DNA of 64,000 nucleotides. Source: Pelagomonas calceolata. Lineage: Eukaryota. How positions within the stretch are numbered: position 1 is the stretch's first letter; every line of letters starts with the position of its first letter. Below are positions 9,193-18,741 of the stretch, piece by piece. The DNA lies in NCBI GenBank assembly GCA_918797485.1, contig CAKKNE010000002.1, positions 5,208,001 through 5,272,000 on the forward strand, given 5' to 3'. The notes beneath the pieces were generated by a model. The model searched no databases and was not told the origin of the DNA. It saw nothing but the letters and a program-made list of their open reading frames with translations. Both the position numbers and the translations under genes were made by a program.

Positions 9193-11352
9193 TTAGGTCT
9201 TGTCCGGCCGCCCCTGCATGGCCCACCGGATTTCTCGAGGCATCAACCCCAAGAACTGGTCCATCTCTCCCTCAAGCATGCCGACGTCTGTCCACATGCG
9301 CTTGGCGATGGCCTTGTTATTCGTCTGCTGGTTGATGGCCTTGACGCGCTGCAGCTCCTCCAGCGTCACGCGCGGCGGCCGGTAGTCCCGCGGCAATCCC
9401 TTGAGGGTAGGAAAGCGCGTGATCACGGGCGCGTCGAGCTTCTCGATCAGACGAGGCAGGTCGGGCTGGTAGTTCGAGCCCCGCCGCGCCCGAGCGAGGG
9501 ACTTGAGAGTTCGAGTAGATACTCGAGACCCGAGCGAGGACGTCGTGCCGTAGGACAGGCCCGTCAGACTACTTCTAACGGAACTCGAATCATCAGGGGC
9601 CTTCTTCTTGTGCCTCCTATGTTTGGCCCGCTGCTTGTGCGCTCTCGAGAGCAGTCTTTTCACATCTCTATAGGACTGCCCACCGGCGGAAGACTGCCTA
9701 CATACGGAATGGTCGCTCTCCAAATCAGCCTTGATGGCGTCGAGGAAGGCCTTCTCGCCCTTCGCGCCGTACTGCGGGCCCGTCCGCTGGGACGACAGGT
9801 GCTGGAGTTGCGCCGAGAATTTTTTGTTTTGCCCTGTAGTAGAAACCAAGCCACCGATGTCCGTGTGCCGCGCTGTGGCTCGCTCGATGGCAGCATCAGA
9901 GGCGGCCTCCGGGTCGTAGATACTTAGGTCTGGTTCGCAGACGCGGCCCCGTCCGGCACCCAGTAAAGCCCCGCCGAAACACAAGACGACAGGCTTCGTG
10001 AACGTCCCCGACCGGCGGCCAGGCACATGCAAAGCTAGGATATGCCCTCTGCGAGGCGCCGGGGGGAACTCGCGGTAGCAAAAGTCGACGGGCGGCGCCT
10101 CCGGTTGAGGCGGCGGCGTCTTGCTTCTTCCCCTCCGTTTACCCTTCCTCCTCATGCGTTTCTTTTCCCTTTTCTGAGCTTCGACCGATTGGGTCGGTAA
10201 GGCCGCGATCTGCTTCTGGTGGGCCTGGTGGTGCTCCCGCGGCAGGCGCGCGTAGGGCCCGAGCTTCATGTCGTCGGTTGGTCGGTAGCCGTCGCAGGGC
10301 GCCACGCGCCACCCGCACAGGTCCGGTCGTTCGTCACCAAACAACTTCAGCACCCTTACGTCGTCATCACCCGTCGAACCGCCGAACACCAAAATTTCAT
10401 TTGATCGAGCCCCGAGACACGCCGCGTGGCCGTACAAGCGAGGCGACTCGTCAATCTCGTGCGTCGTCGGGATCTTGGACCAACATAATGTATCGACGTT
10501 CCACGCTAATACGTCTCTCAAACCTGGTGGTTCTCTATTCTGGATCGAGGCCGAGATATTGGCTAATCCACCAATAACGATCAGATGCCTTTCTACGAGT
10601 ACGGACTGGTGCTCGAACCGTTTCGGAGGGTGTTCCCCGCTACATAAACCTGAGAGTTCCGCCCAGGCGCCTCGCACGGGATCAAAGGACCACACTTGAC
10701 CCAATACACACTCGAAGCCTCGACCACCGGCATCCGGACCGGCCCCGCCGATGACAATAATAAAACCTCGCGCTGGATTCACGGTCGCCGGCTCGTAGTC
10801 CTCGTCGCCGCCTCTCGCTGCCTCCGCGTCTCGCTGCGAGGCCGTGCTTTGCGCGATCATCCGCGAATCTCTTATCAGAGTCGCCGTGTGGCCTCGTCGC
10901 GGCGTCGGCCACCGCCCTTGTATTGGGTAGGTGGACCAGGCCTCCTTCGTGAGGTCGAAAGTCGACACATCATTCAGGGTCTGGCGGAGTTGCAACATGC
11001 GCACGACGGGCTGCCCTTCTCGTCTTTGATCATCATTGACCTCCTTCCGCCAGTCGATGGAGTTGCGGCCTTCGCCCTGGCCCGCAAAACACACTAATTT
11101 ATTATCGCCCGTACAGGTCAGCGTGTGCTGGCTTCGAGCGGCGACGCGACTCTTGCGCGGGCCGTCTTTTATGGACCATCGTAACGTTCGCAAGTCCAAA
11201 GCCCATAATAAAGCTCTCCGCTGACTCGCGTCGGCCCCCTGGCCGCCGCCGCCGTGCAAATACAGCGTGTCGCGCGTACAGCAGTGGGCGGCCTGGTAGC
11301 GGCAGGGCGGCGCGAGGGTCTCGACGTTCAGCGGGCGGGCCCAGGCGGCCAT
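9193..11352 (-). CDS. Kelch-repeat protein with a low-complexity C-terminus
   Basis: Repeats PPCRYQAAH..LYLHGG, ARSQHTL..FAG, PTPRRGHTAT..VIGG, PPKRFEHQSV..VIGG, PRLYGHAA..VFGG, PAPRRGH..CFGG. Confidence 0.85.
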   Translation of the reverse strand: MAAWARPLNVETLAPPCRYQAAHCCTRDTLYLHGGGGQGADASQRRALLWALDLRTLRWSIKDGPRKSRVAARSQHTLTCTGDNKLVCFAGQGEGRNSIDWRKEVNDDQRREGQPVVRMLQLRQTLNDVSTFDLTKEAWSTYPIQGRWPTPRRGHTATLIRDSRMIAQSTASQRDAEAARGGDEDYEPATVNPARGFIIVIGGAGPDAGGRGFECVLGQVWSFDPVRGAWAELSGLCSGEHPPKRFEHQSVLVERHLIVIGGLANISASIQNREPPGLRDVLAWNVDTLCWSKIPTTHEIDESPRLYGHAACLGARSNEILVFGGSTGDDDVRVLKLFGDERPDLCGWRVAPCDGYRPTDDMKLGPYARLPREHHQAHQKQIAALPTQSVEAQKREKKRMRRKGKRRGRSKTPPPQPEAPPVDFCYREFPPAPRRGHILALHVPGRRSGTFTKPVVLCFGGALLGAGRGRVCEPDLSIYDPEAASDAAIERATARHTDIGGLVSTTGQNKKFSAQLQHLSSQRTGPQYGAKGEKAFLDAIKADLESDHSVCRQSSAGGQSYRDVKRLLSRAHKQRAKHRRHKKKAPDDSSSVRSSLTGLSYGTTSSLGSRVSTRTLKSLARARRGSNYQPDLPRLIEKLDAPVITRFPTLKGLPRDYRPPRVTLEELQRVKAINQQTNNKAIAKRMWTDVGMLEGEMDQFLGLMPREIRWAMQGRPDKT

Positions 11353-11623
11353 GTTGTGGTGTACCAGCTCGTCCGAGGCTGCCCGAGCCACGCTTCGGCT
11401 GCGTACAGCGGCACACAGCGTGATGCAGCGCCGCTTCGTCAAGAGCGTTGGGTTGTGCGGGGGTGAGTCCGACGCGTGACTTGCCTTGACCATCGATGAG
11501 AGTAGTCCTCCGAGAGTGCATATTGGTCTAAGAGATGTCCGATCGTCGATTCGGAAGGGCCTCTCTGTGGCAGGCAGAGGCAGAGCTTCATAATCGCGAG
11601 TGCTTTTGAGTGGGTTAAGCAGC

Positions 11624-13879
11624 ATGGCGAGCCTCAGGCTTGCAATCGCAGCTTCTTTGAAAGAACAACAAGCTCCAACCGCGATTACAGCAGCGCCGGA
11701 GCCCGAGAGGCCGCAGAGCAAGGCTGCCAAGGGTAAGGCTCTCCCTGGTAAAGCTGCCAAGTCGTCGCCGCCGCCACAGCGCAAGCGCGGCAAAGAAGCT
11801 ACGACACCCGTCGCTCCGCCGCCCAAACGGAGCAAGCCGAAGACCAGTGCTGCACCGAAAGCTGCCAAGGCGGAGCCGGCGCCACCGCGCACGGACAAAG
11901 AAGCGCCGAAGCCGGCCGCTCCGCGCAAGCGGAGCCCGCCCGCGGCCGCGCCGGCGCCGCGCAAGCGCGACAAGAAGCTCGCCGTGGCCGTCGGAGATAA
12001 TGTAGACGCGCTCTGGCCCGCCGACGGCGAGTACTATCCCGCGAAAGTGCGAGCCGTCAACGCCGACGGCACCATTGCTTTAGATTATGCGGACGGCGAC
12101 CGGCGGAACGACGCCACGACCAGCGAGCTGCGGTGCAAGAGACAAGCGACCGCCGAGGCGGACCCGGACTTCGCGCCCGCGGCGCTTTCAACAGCCGACG
12201 CGCCCGCCACCCGCAGCACGATCACGGACAAGAAGGCCTTGGAGGAACGCATGGCCGCCGATGGCTGGACCAAGGAGGAGAAGGCGCGCGAGAGTTCTAG
12301 TCATGTCGACAAATACTGGATCGACCCGAAGGATGGCAAGAAGTGTAGATCGATTGTAGAAGTCGCGCGCAAGGCCTACCCCGAACTACTAGAGGAGGCG
12401 CCGCAACGACCAAAAAAAGAAGCCGAAACGGGCCCGCTCGCCTGCAGAAAAGGATGCGGCCGCTGCTTCGGCAACGGTGGCGCGCGCGGCTCGCACGAGC
12501 TCCACTGCGACGGCACGCCGAAGCCGCCGCGGCGCCGCCGCCCCGTCGCCGTGGCGAAGCGCGACAAGCTACCCTCGCGTAGAGCCACTAATACAGATGC
12601 GCTGAAGGCCTCATCAACGGAGGACGCTTTACCATTACCGCCGCCGCCGCCCCGAGAACGCGCGAAGAATCATGATGTGGATCTCGGGGCCTTTGGCTGG
12701 ACGCCACCAAGTGAACCGCCGTCGTTCGAGCGGACATATTCATTGTTGAAAGCGGTCGAGGTGCCGCGGACGCATAGTAGGGAGAACATCACTTTGCCCG
12801 AGGACGAAGCGACAGGTGTTAGATCCGCCTGCGTCGGTCTCGTGGGCGCGCGGAGCCATGGTGTGGTTGCGTCGCAATTTGCTCGCTCCAGACCGTCACT
12901 AACGAGGGAGCTCGTGCGGTTTGGAAGGCACTTCCTCCCGTCCAGTTTCAAGTTCACGTCGATCCAGTTAAATCACAACTTCGCGTCGGCACTGCACGTC
13001 GACGATTATAATTCCGGGCCGTCCTACATCGTCGGTCTTGGTGGTTATGAAGGTGGGGAATTGTGGACTTTGGAACATGGGCCTTTGAACTGTAAACATA
13101 GTTTCTGCCACTACGACGGGACGGAGCCGCACGCGACGCTCCCTTTCACGGGGGAAAGGTACACGCTCGTCTTCTTCACGCACCAGACGCATCCTAGGTT
13201 AGGTGATGCGGACCGAGCCTACCTGGAGAGCCTCGGGTTTCCCCTACCGAAGCCGACGGAGTTGTTACGTCGGAGACAGAAGAAGGGCTTTGCCCATGGC
13301 ACTTCTTTTGAAGCGCCGAAGCGCGTGAAGACGGCGGCCGGGCAAGCGGCCTTGGACGCGCACAGGGCGGGCGCGTCCGTAGATGCGGCGAGGGCCCGAG
13401 GCGACGCGGTCTTCGAGGCCTGGCGGAAGGAAGATGCAAGGGAAGCGACGCCGGAGCAGCGGGCGATCCAGGGTCGCGTTTTTATTGATGATGGGACACG
13501 ATGGCGTGTTAGAGATGAAAAGAAGCGGGGCGTGTATTACGACCTCGAGCTGAAACAACTCTGCGTCGAGTACTACGACTTCGACGCGTATGGGATGAAT
13601 GATCCCGGTTCGGGAGATGATGTGGTCGAGTTCACGCCTTATGATGAGTTATTGGGGTTTGCGGACTGGGTCGACGCGCCGGAATCACTGTCGGGTAGTG
13701 CTCTGGAGGCGGCGAAGGCCGAGGCGGCGCGGCGGCTGGACGCGAAAAGGGCGTTTGAAGCCGCCGACGACGCGATGGACTACTACGCGGAGAAAGATGC
13801 AAAGGAGGCGGCGGCGGCGGCGAAGGCCGCGGCGGAGGCGCCCTTCCAACCGGTCTTAGTCCAGTTCGATCAACGGTAA
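11624..13879 (+). CDS. Multidomain chromatin protein: Tudor + MBD-like + zinc finger + TET/JBP-like 2OG-Fe(II) dioxygenase
   Basis: Tudor VGDNVDALWPADGEYYPAKV...LDYADGD; MBD-like GWTKEEKAR...VDKYWIDPKDGKKCRS; CRKGCGRCF...SHELHC; dioxygenase HVDDYN...YEGGEL...HATLPF..ERYTLVFFTH. Confidence 0.8.
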   Translation: MASLRLAIAASLKEQQAPTAITAAPEPERPQSKAAKGKALPGKAAKSSPPPQRKRGKEATTPVAPPPKRSKPKTSAAPKAAKAEPAPPRTDKEAPKPAAPRKRSPPAAAPAPRKRDKKLAVAVGDNVDALWPADGEYYPAKVRAVNADGTIALDYADGDRRNDATTSELRCKRQATAEADPDFAPAALSTADAPATRSTITDKKALEERMAADGWTKEEKARESSSHVDKYWIDPKDGKKCRSIVEVARKAYPELLEEAPQRPKKEAETGPLACRKGCGRCFGNGGARGSHELHCDGTPKPPRRRRPVAVAKRDKLPSRRATNTDALKASSTEDALPLPPPPPRERAKNHDVDLGAFGWTPPSEPPSFERTYSLLKAVEVPRTHSRENITLPEDEATGVRSACVGLVGARSHGVVASQFARSRPSLTRELVRFGRHFLPSSFKFTSIQLNHNFASALHVDDYNSGPSYIVGLGGYEGGELWTLEHGPLNCKHSFCHYDGTEPHATLPFTGERYTLVFFTHQTHPRLGDADRAYLESLGFPLPKPTELLRRRQKKGFAHGTSFEAPKRVKTAAGQAALDAHRAGASVDAARARGDAVFEAWRKEDAREATPEQRAIQGRVFIDDGTRWRVRDEKKRGVYYDLELKQLCVEYYDFDAYGMNDPGSGDDVVEFTPYDELLGFADWVDAPESLSGSALEAAKAEAARRLDAKRAFEAADDAMDYYAEKDAKEAAAAAKAAAEAPFQPVLVQFDQR

Positions 13880-13939
13880 GGTGGCGGCGGCGGCGTCTTC
13901 GTAGCGCTAGTTAATTAATATACATCTAGTATTATCAGG

Positions 13940-14773
13940 TTAGGCGCGGTCGAACTCAACCTCGATCTCTCCGATGTGTGCTTCGCCGTGGCTGTAGTTG
14001 TAAACTTTTATTCTATGGAGCGGTATCGTCAGGCTCCGGATAGACCTAGTGACCTGAGGCACCCCGTCGATCGAGACGGTGATCGTGGCATCCATCATGT
14101 GATCTTCATCGGCGTCGGAAAAGGAGGCGTCGATGTCGTAGCGTGTGTCTGGGTCCACTGGGCACAACATGGTGGTATTAGGTCCTTCATTGCTATCGCG
14201 TGCCAGAAAGCAGAGCTGTCCTCCGTTTTTATACACCCCTCCCACGCATTTCTCAAACTGTCCTCTGTGATCGTAGAACCAAACGTACCCCAATGCGCCA
14301 CGTATGTCCATACAAGACCACCGACTGATGCGAAGGCGTCGCACAGTCAGCTTGCGCAGTGATTGGAAGCTGCGAGATAACCCCTCGTGCGTGGGGCCAG
14401 GTGTCCCTCGAAGGCGCAGGCACGGAGGCGATCCAACGACATCCGCATGCAGGTAGCCGGACGCGTCAGGGTGCATCTGCCACTGGCCCAGGCCTCTAGC
14501 CCACGTCTCGACGAAGCGGTTGGCCTCCGGGACCACGTCGCGCAGCACGTCCACGCAACTTGCCAGCATCTGGTCGACCACTTTTAATCGTCGCGCGGCT
14601 GTGAAGAGCACCAAGGGCTGCGCCGCGCGAAATGGCTTCGCAATAATGGGCAGCTTGGGCAAATTGGTTGGCGGCAGGAAGGCCACGACGTTGTCCGCCA
14701 GCTCATTTCTGGACCACAGCGAGAGCAGTGGCGAACGATACGTGTGTGCGCGTTTCGCAAGGGCAGCCTCCAT
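13940..14773 (-). CDS. Hypothetical protein with an F-box-like N-terminus and beta-rich C-terminus
   Basis: NELADNVVAFLPPTNLPKLPIIAKPFR resembles an F-box. Confidence 0.6.
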   Translation of the reverse strand: MEAALAKRAHTYRSPLLSLWSRNELADNVVAFLPPTNLPKLPIIAKPFRAAQPLVLFTAARRLKVVDQMLASCVDVLRDVVPEANRFVETWARGLGQWQMHPDASGYLHADVVGSPPCLRLRGTPGPTHEGLSRSFQSLRKLTVRRLRISRWSCMDIRGALGYVWFYDHRGQFEKCVGGVYKNGGQLCFLARDSNEGPNTTMLCPVDPDTRYDIDASFSDADEDHMMDATITVSIDGVPQVTRSIRSLTIPLHRIKVYNYSHGEAHIGEIEVEFDRA

Positions 14774-15043
14774 TTTTAGCGTTCGCAGGGGCAGCCGATT
14801 TGTGCTTGCTAGTGTCTTAGAGGCCGCTGGAGGCTTGATTTCCTAATGCGCGGCCTTGCTCGATTTGTGGGGCTAGCGTAGCGACATACTAGGCCACACA
14901 GCGCTTGCGCTGAAGCATTTTTTACGGCCTCACGCGTCACGACACGACGGTGAAGCTCCGATAACGTCGCACACGCGCCCGTACCTGCAGCCCTGCGCCA
15001 AAACCTTGAAAGGGCAGCCCTCGACGCCAATGAAGGCAACCCC

Positions 15044-16006
15044 ATGACAGACACCGACGCGGACGGGAGCCCGCGCCGGCGCAAGGCAGCCGTCGAGCCG
15101 CCCGCGACGACTCCTGCTCCGACTCTGCGGCCGGCATCGATGCTCTGCGCCGCGCCGCGCGTCGTCCTGGCCGTCGCGTCGATGTGGATTATTTGGTTGC
15201 TACTCGTAATTCTTGGCGGAGCGGCCTACGCCTATACAATCTACGCCGACGCGCGCTTCCCTTTGCAATTGGCGGCGGCGGCGCTCGTCATCCAACTCTT
15301 GGTCTTGATTTACCTCCAGCCCGATGTCATAACAGACATAGCTGAGTTATACGAACCTAGAATTGTGTGGCGCGCCCATACGAAACAAAGAATAGCCGCC
15401 CTGACGATTGACGACGTGCCCGTCGGTGCAGCATCAAAGATCGAGGAAATACTATCATTACTCAAACAAAACGATGCCCGCGCGACGCTGTTTATCATGT
15501 GCGGCGAATTTTCGAGAGCCTCCGAGCACGTCAAGCAGGTCATCAAAGATGCGGTACAATCAGGAAGGATCGAACTGGCCAACCACGGCGCCTTCGACGA
15601 GCCCGCGGCCGGCCTTTCCGGTCAAGATTTTAGGGCGAAGCACGACGCCTGCGACGCGCTGATTCACTCCATAGCACCTCCACCTCCTCGGAAATGGTTC
15701 CGGCCCGGGTCCGCGCTCGTCAATCGCGGTATTTTTGAGTGGTGTCGCTCCCATTCATATACATGTGTATTGGGCTCGTGTTTTCCGCACGACAACTTCG
15801 GTTGTACCTGTCTGTGCAACGCCGCGTATTTGCGAAGGCGCGTCCGGCCGGGGGCCATTGTTATTTTACATGACCGCTGGCACACGCCGGCGACGCTGCG
15901 AGCCTTCTTCGCGAAGCGCGGGAAGACGGCAACTATCCGCCTGACGACGCTCTCCGAGCTTTTTGATACGGTCGACCGGGAGAACGCGAGCGTCGCGCCG
16001 GAATAA
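15044..16006 (+). CDS. Membrane-anchored polysaccharide deacetylase (NodB/CE4)
   Basis: Two N-terminal TM helices; ALTIDDVP, ATLFI, ELANHG, WFRPGS, GAIVILHD motifs. Confidence 0.88.
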   Translation: MTDTDADGSPRRRKAAVEPPATTPAPTLRPASMLCAAPRVVLAVASMWIIWLLLVILGGAAYAYTIYADARFPLQLAAAALVIQLLVLIYLQPDVITDIAELYEPRIVWRAHTKQRIAALTIDDVPVGAASKIEEILSLLKQNDARATLFIMCGEFSRASEHVKQVIKDAVQSGRIELANHGAFDEPAAGLSGQDFRAKHDACDALIHSIAPPPPRKWFRPGSALVNRGIFEWCRSHSYTCVLGSCFPHDNFGCTCLCNAAYLRRRVRPGAIVILHDRWHTPATLRAFFAKRGKTATIRLTTLSELFDTVDRENASVAPE

Positions 16007-16236
16007 CTACTGTGTTACTGTTACTCGCTTACTTGCTTTGCTTAGAGCTACCGCCTAGCCGCGGAGCCGACGTGCCGACGCCTCCCTGCGTGACCGCACG
16101 CCCGCCCCGGCCCCGGTCCTCATGCGCCGTCGCCCCGAGTGCTAGCTTGGAGGCGACGACGGCGAGGGGGGAGCAGGTCGGACGCCGGAATCCCAGGTCC
16201 GCGCCGGTGGTACATCGGGGGCCGCCGCGGGATAAC

Positions 16237-17407
16237 TTACGTCCGCCACGCGAGCCGCCTTCCTAATATCTCGAAGAACGCGTCGTCGTGGGGCCGGAAG
16301 AAGGCCGACAGGCGCTCCTCGACCTCACCCGGCAGCCCCTCCTCGTCGTACGCCCCATGGATGGACCAGCCGATGCGCTCGTCAAAGGAAGGGAACGTTT
16401 TGGCTATTTTTTTCCTCACGGAGGCTTCCGTCACATCTTCAACAGAGAGGGGTGGTTGCGGAGGTAACCCCACGAACCGCTCCACGGCGCCAACAACACT
16501 AGGTGCGTCTCGCCGCAAGTCGTCTCCATCGATAATCATCGTGCGACTACGGGGAAAGCCCTGGTGCTCGCACCGTAACAGTTGCGCCGCATAGAGCGAC
16601 CGATACACAAAATCTCTCTGAATAGAACCCGTCGTCCGAGGCTTGCACTTCGAGAGGAATACGTGGGCCTCGTGAGGTGTGCGTGGCGCCTTCTTGCCGA
16701 TCTCATTCACAGCGCAAGCCTCCAGCTCGTCGGCCTCCTCCACCAAAGTTTGCTTGGGCACGAGCGTCTCTAAAGTACGCGTCGGGTAGCACCTTCCCAA
16801 GTTCACGGTGAGACCGCCGTTGTCGAAGGGCGTAAAACAGGCCACAACCAACTTGGCGACGGGCGCGTTCGGTAGAGCAGTCAAACGTCGTCCGGACAGA
16901 CGAGCGTTCCGTAAACCAGTTTCTCCCCGTAAATGTTTTGCGGTCCACATCCTTACGACGTCGAAGCGTTCGTCGTTTTGTATCGGCAAGTAACGCGGCC
17001 AACGCCGTCGAGCCCGCTTTCTGCACGCCGCCGATAATCACAGAAGGCAGGCACCGTTCCGACGGCAAGGTGCCGACCTGGCCCGCAACATGTGTAGTGT
17101 TGAAGGGCTCGCGCGTTTCATTGAAAGCGTGGACGAAGGGGAGCGCCTCCGGTAACGCGCAGCACGTCTGGCGGAACGCGCCGACGTCTTCGCGGCAATT
17201 CTTGAGTTGGGCCACGTGGGCTCCGTTTATTATGGGTATGGGCAACTGCTTTCGTACGCGAATTTGGAGCGCTGGCGACGCGCGACGCGCGCCGCCCGGG
17301 AGTCTCACCCTGGCGCCTTTTTTCAGGCCTATGGCGCAGACGGGTGCATTGTTCACGCGCGCCGTCGTTTGCGCGACGATTATGAGGAGCGCGAGAGTCC
17401 TGAGCAT
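16237..17407 (-). CDS. Secreted or Golgi sulfotransferase (heparan-sulfate sulfotransferase-like), split over two frames
   Basis: Signal peptide; PAPS loop PSVIIGGVQKAGSTAL in ORF 16703-17407; C-terminal RSLYAAQL...VERFVGL...LSAFFRPHDDAFFEILGRRLAW in ORF 16237-16989. The junction (intron or frameshift) is unresolved. Confidence 0.6.
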
Positions 17408-17795
17408 GGTCCTGGCGCCTCGCGTAAATAGTACAGGACAATTTGTCGCGACTCATGGCCTGGAAACCTGTTTTGGCAGCTGAGCCACATTGCTCCACGA
17501 AATCTCTCCGATGAGTCGTGCAGGAGGCAGTCTTCGAATTTCAAAGCCCGCGCCAATTCTGAGCTCAGATGCCCAACAAGCAGCAAAGAGGTAAATTGCG
17601 CCTCCATACCGCTGCCTAAACGTCCAGCGAGCGCTTGGCAATTAGCGCGAGAAGACTGTCCGCACGTGTTTTGGTCGCTGCAATCAACTGCGTGCAGTGG
17701 TAAGGCTGTAATCACGCCTGAGCTTGGCAGAGCATCACCTGCTCTCCCAGCAAACGCGTCGTAGGGCGGTCCGCACGCTCATACGACTCGTTGCG

Positions 17796-18329
17796 ATGGA
17801 CGTGAACGGACACGCCTACGACACGGCCGGCACCCGCGCCGTCGCCGCTGTGACGCTCGTGCTCCTGCCGGCGGCCGTGCTAGTCTTAGGCTCCATCGCA
17901 CATTTCTTCGTGCAGCGCCACGAAGCCAAGCTCGACGCCGCCGAGAAAGCGAAGCGCCAGCGCTTCGCGGACTTTGAACGGCGCGCCGAGGAGAAGCGCA
18001 AGGAAGGAGGAAGAAAACGCGGCGCGGAGATGGTCGAGCAGTACGGCGGCCACTTTTTTGGCGAGATGACCGTTCATGATGGATTCGCGAGAAAAGGCAA
18101 AAAACGGCGGGGTATTATATATGTGCGCGAGTTCGTCTGCGTGGGCATCTGGGTGTCTGCGTTGGTCCATGAGCGCGAGGCGGCGGCGCTAGAGAGCCTC
18201 GTCGGCGTCGGCGCGGACCTTGAATATCTTGAAACAGAATCCACACTCGAGGGGGCTTTAACACTGCTCGCGACGGCGAGCGCTGATGGCGCGAGCGGTA
18301 CACTCCTTGGCCTCTACGACGTCAGGTGA
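17796..18329 (+). CDS. Small membrane protein with a charged coiled segment, possibly spliced at the 3' end
   Basis: ATG 17796; TM AVAAVTLVLLPAAVLVLGSIAHFFV; strong donor-like CAG/GTGAGT at the ORF end. Confidence 0.5.
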   Translation: MDVNGHAYDTAGTRAVAAVTLVLLPAAVLVLGSIAHFFVQRHEAKLDAAEKAKRQRFADFERRAEEKRKEGGRKRGAEMVEQYGGHFFGEMTVHDGFARKGKKRRGIIYVREFVCVGIWVSALVHEREAAALESLVGVGADLEYLETESTLEGALTLLATASADGASGTLLGLYDVR

Positions 18330-18741
18330 GTAATCATGGTGCTCTCGTTTCCGTCGCCTAGTTTTTCGTAGGAACGCCCTTGGCTTCCACAACCACGACC
18401 ACCTTGGTACAGAGACGACGTCAGGTATACTTATAGACACAGCAGTGATAGGGGGAAGGAGTCAGAGCGCGAGCGGCAGAACAACGTACGCGGCCAGGCG
18501 CCTGTGCTTGCTAGTGTGTCTACAGGCTTGCGCGAGGGCGCCGGGACGCAGTCTCTCGGCACACCCCGGCTAGGGCTCCGTAGTGCACGGAGACGTATCC
18601 GCGCCTCGGCAGGGAAGCGCGACTCTGGGACCGCGGCGCGGCCCGGCACAAAGAAAGCTACTACCTAGAAAGAGGCCCTGGCCCGTGGGGGCGGGGGTTC
18701 TCGTGCAGACGACCATCAAAGAAGCACAGAACACTCACTTA

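Noticed and set aside
11353..11973. N-terminal extension of the Kelch ORF overlapping the TET-like gene
   Set aside because: It is antisense to the neighbouring CDS and promoter; ATG 11352 directly precedes the first Kelch repeat.
18100..18740. Possible snRNA or snoRNA (U1-like ACTCACCTG on the minus strand) or zinc-finger relic
   Set aside because: No Sm site or box pair; better explained as splice-donor-like sequence, and the CGFC fragment is bounded by stop codons.
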